From Acidobacteriota bacterium (GTDB lineage: Bacteria > Acidobacteriota > UBA890 > WLXD01), in assembly GCA_965205505.1 (NCBI GenBank), contig CBDBHB010000007.1, positions 320,001 through 384,000 on the forward strand: 64,000 nucleotides of DNA, read 5' to 3'. Under the pieces are notes generated by a model that was not told where the DNA came from, made no database searches, and saw only the letters and a list, made by a program, of their open reading frames with translations. Made by a program: the position numbers and the translations under genes. Positions 1 to 8,600 of the stretch are shown piece by piece (position 1 is the stretch's first letter; the number at the start of each line of letters is the position of its first letter).

Positions 1-1074
1 GTAGACGCGGTCGGAGAACGCCTGCAGACGGTTGGCCCAGTAGTCGCGCAGATAAACGAGCCGCGCTTCCTTGCGCTTGGAGCCGATGCCCTGATGGAAG
101 GTGAGGGCGTCGCCGATGGCGAGGTAGTTGGCCGCCGGATGCGTACCGATCTCCTCGAACTTGCGTATGTTCTCGTCCTGCCTCTCGTTCGCCGCCATCA
201 GCGGCCACAAGTCTTTGATCTTGTCGCGGCGCACGTACAACAGCCCGGTGCCGTGGGGGGCGAACAGCCACTTGTGCAGGCTGGTGGCGAAGTAGTCGCA
301 CTCGAGATCGGCGATGGTGAAGTCGAAGTGCGCCAGTGAGTGGGCACCGTCGACGATCACCGGGATGCCGTGTCGGCGGCCCATGTTGGCGACCTTGGCC
401 ACCGGCAGGATCTGGCCAGTGAGGTTGATCATGTGGCACATGTGGATGATGCGCGTGCGCGACGTGATGTTGCTTTCGAACAGGCGGACGATCTCATCGT
501 CGTCCTCGGCCGGAACCGGCACCGAGATCTGCCTGAGCACCACACCCTCGCGGCGCTCGCGCTGCTTGTAGGTGGTGATCATGCGACCGTAGTCCTGATT
601 GGTGGTCAGGATCTCGTCGCCGGGCTCGAGGTCGATGCCCAACTGGCAGATCTGTAGTCCCTCGGAGGCATTGCGCACCAGCGCCAGCTCCTCGGCGTCG
701 GTGTCCCACTCCATCGCCAAGCGCTCGCGAACCTGTTCGCGCTGCGGCTCGAGGATCTTCCACATCGCATAGGTGGGCGAAGTGTTGGAGTAATCGAGGT
801 AGCGTTTCATCGCCTCCTGTACCGGTAACGGCGAAGGGCTCACGCCGCCCGAGTTCAGGTTGATGATGCCGGCCTCGGCGCTGAACGACTGGCGCACGTC
901 GTACCAGAAATACTCGTCGTCGGAGAGCTCGGCGGCGGCGCCTGGATGAGCCGCGAGCCCCTCCGACGCGGCGATGGCATGCGCTCGGCGAACCGGGCTG
1001 AGAAAGGCACCACCACCGTATGCGGCAGCGGCCGGCCAGGAGAGCGCTCCGAGGAATTGACGCCGGTTGACCAT
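1..1074 (-). CDS. Tat-exported class V PLP-dependent aminotransferase (isopenicillin N epimerase-like); 3' end runs off the window
   Basis: Read manually: starts MVNRRQFLGALSWPAAAA (twin-arginine signal) after GAGGTG; contains LNSGGVSP, VDGAH and FATSLHKWLFAPHGTG (PLP lysine). Missing from the ORF track because there is no stop inside the window. Confidence 0.85.
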   Translation of the reverse strand, partial: MVNRRQFLGALSWPAAAAYGGGAFLSPVRRAHAIAASEGLAAHPGAAAELSDDEYFWYDVRQSFSAEAGIINLNSGGVSPSPLPVQEAMKRYLDYSNTSPTYAMWKILEPQREQVRERLAMEWDTDAEELALVRNASEGLQICQLGIDLEPGDEILTTNQDYGRMITTYKQRERREGVVLRQISVPVPAEDDDEIVRLFESNITSRTRIIHMCHMINLTGQILPVAKVANMGRRHGIPVIVDGAHSLAHFDFTIADLECDYFATSLHKWLFAPHGTGLLYVRRDKIKDLWPLMAANERQDENIRKFEEIGTHPAANYLAIGDALTFHQGIGSKRKEARLVYLRDYWANRLQAFSDRVY

Positions 1075-1158
1075 CGCTCGCACCTCAGGACGAAAGTACG
1101 GAAACATCCAGTGGAGTCGGATTCTACTCTGGAACCGCCGCGCAGCCCACTGGTGGAC

Positions 1159-2241
1159 TCAGCGGCAGCAACGCTGCGCCGGGTCGTCGGGCGAGGTGAA
1201 CTCCTCCGAGGCGAACACCAGCCGGATCCAGCGCTTGTCATTATCCATCGTGGCTTCCAGATCGACGCGCACCACGCGTCCGCCCGGCTCTACATACGCC
1301 TGGTCGATTCCATAGCCGACATCGAGCTCCCACGCGTGCATCGTCCGCGGCCCGACCTCCACATCAGTGCTGGGCCCGAGCTTGAGCTTCCAGGTGTCGA
1401 AGTAGCGGTCGCGATTGGCGAAGTTGTCGCGCTCTCGCGCCATCCAATTCCCTACGCCTACGGGTCGGAATGGCGACTCAGGGATCCCGGCAGGCATGAA
1501 GAACATGAACTCGCGCTCGACCTTCTTGGCGTCGCCGGCGGGATCGATGTGCTCGAACAGCGCCGGCAGGGCGATGCTCAGCAACCCCGGGTTGGCGAAC
1601 GCCGGATCTGTCTCGACGCATATCCTGCGCCCACTCCCCAGACACGCCAGCGCCGATGGCATCCAGGCGTACAGGCCCCGCGGCTTGTCGAGATCCATGT
1701 TCCGGTAGCCGGGAATGCTGACCTTGAAATCCCAGTCGCGGGTGCCAATTCTGAGGTCCTTGCGGAATCGCTTGTCCTCTTCGTTGTAGGTGAAGACAAC
1801 GTGGCGGCGACTGTCGATGGCCAGGTTCTCGCCACGTTGAGCGAAGCGCTGTTCGAACTCCACGCGCACCGGAAATCCGTCCAGCGTGACCTGAAGGTGA
1901 CCTTCCACCTGCACGCTCATGAGCTGCTGCGACGGCCGCAAGGCGCCTGGAATCATTTCGAGGCGCTCGTGCCCGAAGCTGAATTCAGCGAGCTTGATGT
2001 CGCCCTGCTCCACGAGCCCGTCGAACACGATCCACCACTCGGCCACCTCGCCGCCTGCCAGGGCGTCGGGGGGGCCGAGCACATAGCGACGCTCCTCGCC
2101 GGCCCTGAAACCGAAGGCCGAGTCCGTTCGCGGGGCCTGGGGCCGCGCCGAGCCGGCACTGGCGGCGAGGAAAATGATCGCTAGGGCGCCTGCGGTAGCG
2201 GGTAACAGCAAGGACCGTGGGATGACATGGCCGGTACGCAT
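1159..2241 (-). CDS. Exported hypothetical protein
   Basis: 360-aa ORF with signal-peptide-like N-terminus (LAIIFLAASAGSA); no recognised motif. Confidence 0.65.
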   Translation of the reverse strand: MRTGHVIPRSLLLPATAGALAIIFLAASAGSARPQAPRTDSAFGFRAGEERRYVLGPPDALAGGEVAEWWIVFDGLVEQGDIKLAEFSFGHERLEMIPGALRPSQQLMSVQVEGHLQVTLDGFPVRVEFEQRFAQRGENLAIDSRRHVVFTYNEEDKRFRKDLRIGTRDWDFKVSIPGYRNMDLDKPRGLYAWMPSALACLGSGRRICVETDPAFANPGLLSIALPALFEHIDPAGDAKKVEREFMFFMPAGIPESPFRPVGVGNWMARERDNFANRDRYFDTWKLKLGPSTDVEVGPRTMHAWELDVGYGIDQAYVEPGGRVVRVDLEATMDNDKRWIRLVFASEEFTSPDDPAQRCCR

Positions 2242-2526
2242 GGCTCCGATACTATCAACGAGACCGAGCCGGCGGCGACGACCGCCGGGGTCGTCATGGA
2301 ATGTGACTTACCCATGGAAGCTCTCGCCGATTGTTGCCAGCAAGAAGCTTCGCGTAGCCTCGCGAAGCGCCGCCGGGTCGCCCGCTGCGACGGATGCAAC
2401 AGGCTCGTGCTGTCCTACGGCGACCGCGCCGACTACGAGCGCACCATCGCGGAGCTGACCGACAACGGCGTGGAGTTTGAGGTCGGGTCGAGCGGCAAGC
2501 TCCTCATCATTGCCTACCAGCGTTGA
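2227..2526 (+). CDS. Small hypothetical protein with CC and CxxC motifs (possible metal binding); start may be downstream
   Basis: LADCCQQE...RCDGCNRLVLSYGD; fills the gap between 2241 and 2655. Confidence 0.5.
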   Translation: MAGTHGSDTINETEPAATTAGVVMECDLPMEALADCCQQEASRSLAKRRRVARCDGCNRLVLSYGDRADYERTIAELTDNGVEFEVGSSGKLLIIAYQR

Positions 2527-2654
2527 CGCGATACGCCCGTCATGGGTAGGCGTCGTACCGCCTGGTGCTCGGTGCTCCTGACCGCCCGGCTTGTGGGCGT
2601 CCTGCTGCTCGGTCATCTGGACGGCAGCACGCCAGCGCAATCTGGCGCCATCAA

Positions 2655-5600
2655 TCAGGCCGAACGCGCCTTGCGAAGGTGCTCTCGAATCGCCTCGACA
2701 AACCGTGGCACGGTATCCCAGACATCACCGACAATCGGATGCACGAGGGGTGTCTTGCGCTGCTCGTTGAGCTTCATCAGCGGTGCATCAGGGTCAACGT
2801 TGAACGACAAGATTACCGCTCGGTCGCCGATGTAGTCGACGTGCTGCGGCGCGCCGGATACCGCCAGGGCAATGATCAGCTTCGGGTTCACCGATACACC
2901 GGTTTGCCCGATCTGGCGATCGGCCGGAAGCAACTCGAGGTCCTGTGTGACCTTTCGCGTCGCCCCGATCATCACGTTGCGCAGGCCCATCTCATCAACG
3001 AGCAGCTGCCGCAGCGGCTCGGCGAGCTCATCGATGCCCGCTCGACCGCCGGCGCCGTAGCCGAAGTCGATGATGATCTCGGCGTCCTGCAGGGTGTCCT
3101 GGTCGCCCGCCAGACTCGCCAGGAATCGGGCCAGCGGATCGTGGCCGGCGTCGTACTCCAAATCGGGCGACCATTTGTAGACTTGGGGTTCCTGCTCCCG
3201 TTCGGAGGCTCTGCGTCCGCCAGTAAGATCGAGCTCCACCGTTGTCCCCAAAGTGAGGACACGGAGGCCGCTCTCGAGCGGCAGCTCGGCCTCCGCACGA
3301 GCTGCGCCTCCATAGATTCGCGTGGCGACGCGGGCGTGTCCGCCGCCATTCGAGATCGACTCGACGTTGTGCCAGCTCCAGCAACGACCGGCCTCGGTGT
3401 TCGCAACGCCGCCGGCCACGAAGCGGGCGAACAGCTCATTTGCCCAGGTTGCCGCAAGCAACCATCGGAGCTCACCGCGGTACTTGGCCCAGAACTCTTC
3501 GAACCACTCGAGATGGCCATGGGCGCTGAAGCCAGCCGCTCCGGCCATCGCTACGATGTACGCCCGACGCGGTCGCACGGCGGCCAGCACGGAGCCTGCC
3601 ACGACCTCCGCGGAAACCTGATCGGTATCGACGGGCACGACCACATCGAGCAACATGCCAACGCCGTCGGCAAGATCGCGAGCAAGACGGAGGTCGGAGT
3701 TGGCGCTTGCGGGGAGCTCGTCGCCGACCGGCGCCAAGACGAACAAACAGCTCCCCGCCTCGTCGTCGCTGGGCTGCTCACGCAGCGACAGCATCCGACC
3801 TTCGTAGGCACTGGCAGGGTCGGTCGCCGCAGCTCCGACCCCGGCTACATCGAGCAGCACACCAACCGCATCCTCCGGCGAGTCGACGCGTAAATCGCGT
3901 CCGTTGCTGGCCGCCACCGCTCGTGCACGATGACGAACACGTACGGTGGCTCGATCCCCCACCAGGTCCGCGGCCGACAGACGCTCGATCTCGGCGGTCG
4001 CAGCGTTCAACCAGGCGCTGAGATCATAGTCGGCTGCTTCGCCGAGACGCGGGAGGGTTGCGACCACACATGGGATCTGAACCGATAGCTCGCGGCCTTC
4101 CCATGAGGCAGCGGCTATCTTCAGCCTCGTGGCGGCACCATCGCCCCAGCGCAGGCTCTCTACTCCGCCATAGACCTTGCTGCCCAGCGCCACGGCCAGG
4201 TAGCTGGACACCACCCCTTGGCCGGTATCTGCGGCGCTCGCGCCGCAGACCACCACGTCGGCAGGTCGACGATTCAATGCGGCGGCGACCACACGTGCCA
4301 CGTAGTCCCCGTCGTGTCGCACCGAGCCAACGCCGTTGGAGGCAGATGAATCGAGATGTACGGCATGATCGGCGCCAAGTGCGAGTGCCGCACGGACGAC
4401 ACTGGCGCCATCGACCCCCGCCAACGTGTAGACGCTGACCTTTATGCGTTGAGGATCGCGTTTCTTGAGCGCGAGTGCCGCCAGTAGCGCGGTCTCATCT
4501 GCCGGATTAGTGAGGCGGAGCGGCTCGGCGAACTCACCATCGGCGAGCCGTGGTCGCGGCGCCGTCGCCGGCACCGGCTTGAGCAAGACCGCGATCTCGA
4601 TCTCGCGGGCGAGATCGGGCTGTTGTCGCTGCTCGATCAGATCGTCGGGCACGAGGCCCCAGCCCTCGGTCGGAGCTCCAGTCTCCTCCAAAGACAAGAA
4701 TCCCAGCTGCGTCTCCGGCGAGTACCGCCCCTCCACGAGATACTCGAGGGCGATCGCGCAGCGTCGCTCTAGCGCCTCGATGCGGGCCAAAGCGCGCTGT
4801 ACGAACAGCCGCGAGGCGCGCTCGAGGCGCGCCCGGTATTCGGCTGGGACTTGGCGCCGTGCGTTCCACTCGAGTCGGTAGAGCACTGCGTCTATCACCT
4901 TGGTCATCCCGGCGACCTCGGCCAAGCGGAAGAAGCACGGTTGCAGCCCGACGTTCGCCCAGACCAGCTGGCCGAAGCTCGCCACCGCACCCTCGAGGTG
5001 GTGGAGCAAACGCTGTCTGGCTCCACCGAGCGCCGCAACCAGCTCCGGATAGGCGAGCTCGTGGCCCTCGGGATCCCCGGCACCACGTTGCCACTCCGGC
5101 AGCACGCGCTGGACGAGGTCCTTCAGCAGCAGAAAGCGCTGCACCTCGTTGGTGCCCTCGTAGATGTTCAGCACCCGGGCGTCGCGCCGCGTCTTCTCGA
5201 CGCGGTGCAGCCAGGTCTGGCCCTCGAGCCCGCGCGCCCGCTCCATCCAGTCGATGCAGTCGTGCTCCGACTCGGTGCCGTAGTACTTGCCGATCGCCGA
5301 CTCCATGCGCACCGAGTCAGTGCACTTGTTGTCGAGCAGCCCGATCATCTCGTAGGTGACCGACGCCGTCCCGACGAGCTCTTCGGCAACACGCCCCATC
5401 CAATATCGCTCCAGCGGCCTCGCCGGGGCGCGCGGCGCATACTCGAAGCCGGGGGCAACGTCACCGCGCAGATAGGGAATCGCATCGGCGGCGAGCTCCG
5501 CGATCGTCGAATGGGTCGTCACCGCCAACCCCGCACGCCCGGTGTTCAAGGTTTCGAGCGCGTTGACCTGACCACGACCGCGGAAGCCGATAATCGCCTC

Positions 5601-8600
5601 GTGCGGCACACGGACGTTGTTGAGCGACAGCTCGTTGGTGGGCGAGCCACGCTGCCCCAGCTTCTCCTCATCGGCTCCCACGACGAGCCCTTCGGCGTGC
5701 CGGTCGACCATGAACCCGGTAACGCCCTCCGGCTCGGTGCGTGCGTACAGCGCCATGCAATGACAGAAGCGCCCGTTGGTAATCCACATCTTGGCGCCGT
5801 TGAGCACCCAGTACTCGTAGAAAGAGTTGCCGGCGGCGTCGGTTCGCAGCAGGCCGATGTCGATGAACTGAACCTTGCGACCACCGTGCATGTAGAAGCG
5901 CGTTCGCTCCGGCGCATCCTGGTCGTAGTCATACTCGGAATGATCGATGAGCGCCGGCTCGGCATCGTCTGCGAAGCGATAGAGCAACCGGCGTTCGTCG
6001 TAGTCGTGTTCCACCCGATCGGCGTCGAGCAAATAGCGTCGCTCGAGCTCGTTGTCCTGGTCGAGCCAGAACCACAGCACTCCGTCGTCGTCGCGGTGCA
6101 CGCGTCGCCGCGCGGCGCGCGCCATGGTTTTCACGCCTCCGGAATCGGACCCGGCAGTAGGCTCAGTAAGCGCGAACGCCGAGATGTAGCCGGCAGAGAT
6201 CGTCTTCAGGAAGAGCTCGTGCGCGCGCTGCCGACGCGGGTACTCCGCGAGGCGCTCCTCGACGGCACCGAGGACGTCATCGATGAGCTCGCGCGCCTGG
6301 CGCAGCTGCGCGCCGAAGCTCTCGAGATCGCGCTGCTGGCCGGCCCGTGTCGCCGCCTGGAACGCCCGCAAGAAACCGCCACCGAGGTACTTCAACACCA
6401 TCGACTCGGCGACGCGCTTCTTGACCAGCGAGCCGATCTCGGCGGTTGCCGCGGCAAGCGCATCGGTGTTCGGCCGTCTCAGCATCGCCAGCACGCGGTC
6501 GATGCCGTCACGGATGTCGCCGAGCACCTCGGGATGCTGGCGCACGCGCTCGAGCTCGGCGCGGGCGCGCGGCAAATCCTGGTACAGGCCGATGAGCGCC
6601 GGCGTCGTACCGATGCTCGTGTTGCCCATGATCGCCAGCGACAACGCCGCATCGCCGTACCGGCCGATGAGCATCGAGAGGATGTAGTACTCGGCCTTCA
6701 GGGCTCCCTCACCGCCGAGCTGTTGGGCAATCGGCATGCGCATGAAGCCCCGCCTGACCATGTAGTCGAGGTCCTCGTCGGGAATCATGTGGAGCTTCTC
6801 AAGATAACGTCCGTACGGCAGCCCATCGAATCTCGGCGCCTCGAAACGCTCACGGAGCTCGGTCTCTAGCTGCCTCCGATAACGCGCCAGCCCCGGGTCG
6901 TGGGCCAGTATCTCGGGCACGCAGCGACGCGACCCAGGGTCGAAGCCGTTGCGAAGCCACTCACCAGATTCATGCGGCTGATCGGCGGTGTAGACGCTCT
7001 CGTAGGGCTCGGAGTCCGGAATCGACGCCGCTGCGAAGTCGCCATTCTCGAGCAACTCGTCGCCGGCGATGAGCGTCGCCGGCGCGAGACCGGCCGCGTC
7101 GATCAATGCCGGAATCTCGGCATTGAGCCGATCGACAACCAACCGCGTCGCCTCGACCATCGCCTCGGTCGGTATGCCGGCGTCAATCCGCCGCATCGAC
7201 CGTACCAGCAAGCTCTTGGCGGCGAGCACCTCGATCACGATGTTGCCGGCAGCGTATGCGGTCAGATCATCGTCGGCACTGCCAAGGCCGCCCGCCCATT
7301 CCTCGGTCTGCTGACATGCAGCCTGGTAGCGTCGTGCCGCCTCGCCAAGCAAGGCATGCTCCGCGGCGCGTGCCGCCCATCGTTGCTCGTCGTCACCGCA
7401 CGGGATCAGGTCGCAGCCCGATCGGGCGGCGGCAAGCCGGCGCCGCCCGACCTGCACGCACAACGCATCGTCGTGGCCGAGCAAAAATCGAAACGGCGCA
7501 CTGTCGCGGTAGTACTTGGCGATGTCGTCATCTTCCGAAAAGGCGGTGCCCCCGAAGATCTGACCGGTGTTGTAGCTGAACGAGCGATCGCCCGGGCCGA
7601 AGGCCTGGCTGGCCAGCACCTTGCTGACCGCCTGCCCGGTCCATTGATCGCCGCCGCCCGGATTGGCGAGCGCCATCGACTCGAGCACGTAGCGGTGCAC
7701 CTCCATCTCAGCCAGCATCTGCTTGACAGCGCCGAACTTGGCCACCGTGTCTCGGCCGGCCTCGTCCTCGAACGTTCCCGGGAACTGCACGCGCCCGGCG
7801 GCGTGCTCGCGGGCACGCTGCAGCAGGTACCTTCCAGATCCGCGAACCGTCGCGAGGTAGCCGGGGAGCGCCACGCCGAGCACCGCCGCCCAAGGCTCTC
7901 CGGCCGCCGGCGCCTCGAGCACTACCTCGTCGACTACTCCCGAAAGGTCGACGCGCCGCGCCGCAGGCACCGTGATGCAGTCGCCGCGCAGGCGCCGGAT
8001 CCGCGCGCCGATCAGACCCACGCTGCCGACGTCCTCGATCACCAGTCGCGGGTCATCGGCATCGATGAGGAAGCCGTCGCTGCCGACGACCACGAGATAG
8101 CGTTGCGCCAGCGCGGTGGGAACGAAGTCGGCGCACACGTCGATCTCGACACCCCCGCCTTGCAGGCGGCGCGCGGCGCGCTGACCACCATGGATGGTCG
8201 CGGCAACCACGCGTGCCGCCTCCAGCTCGGTTTGCGGAGCACCGGCCAGCGCCAACAGGTCGACCGCGAGCAGATGCGACGACGCCATCAGCGCCAGCGC
8301 CGGGTCGGTTGCCGCGAGCTCTTCGAGCACTACGTCCCGAAGCCCGTAGCCGTCCGTTTGCGGCGCCGCGGCGGCAATCTGGTTCCGCAGCCAATCCTCC
8401 TGCTTGTCCGACATCGGTTCGCCGCGCTCCAGAGCACGCACTGCATGGTTGTCGAACCAGCGCTCGCAGCCCTCGCGCACCTCTCCGCGCCAGGCCTCGA
8501 AGTCACGCGGCTCCGCCTCCCGGCGCCGCCACTCGACCGCCTCGAGCTGCTGCTCGACGCACAGGTCGTCGCTCACGCCGACATCGGTCTCAGGCGGCGC

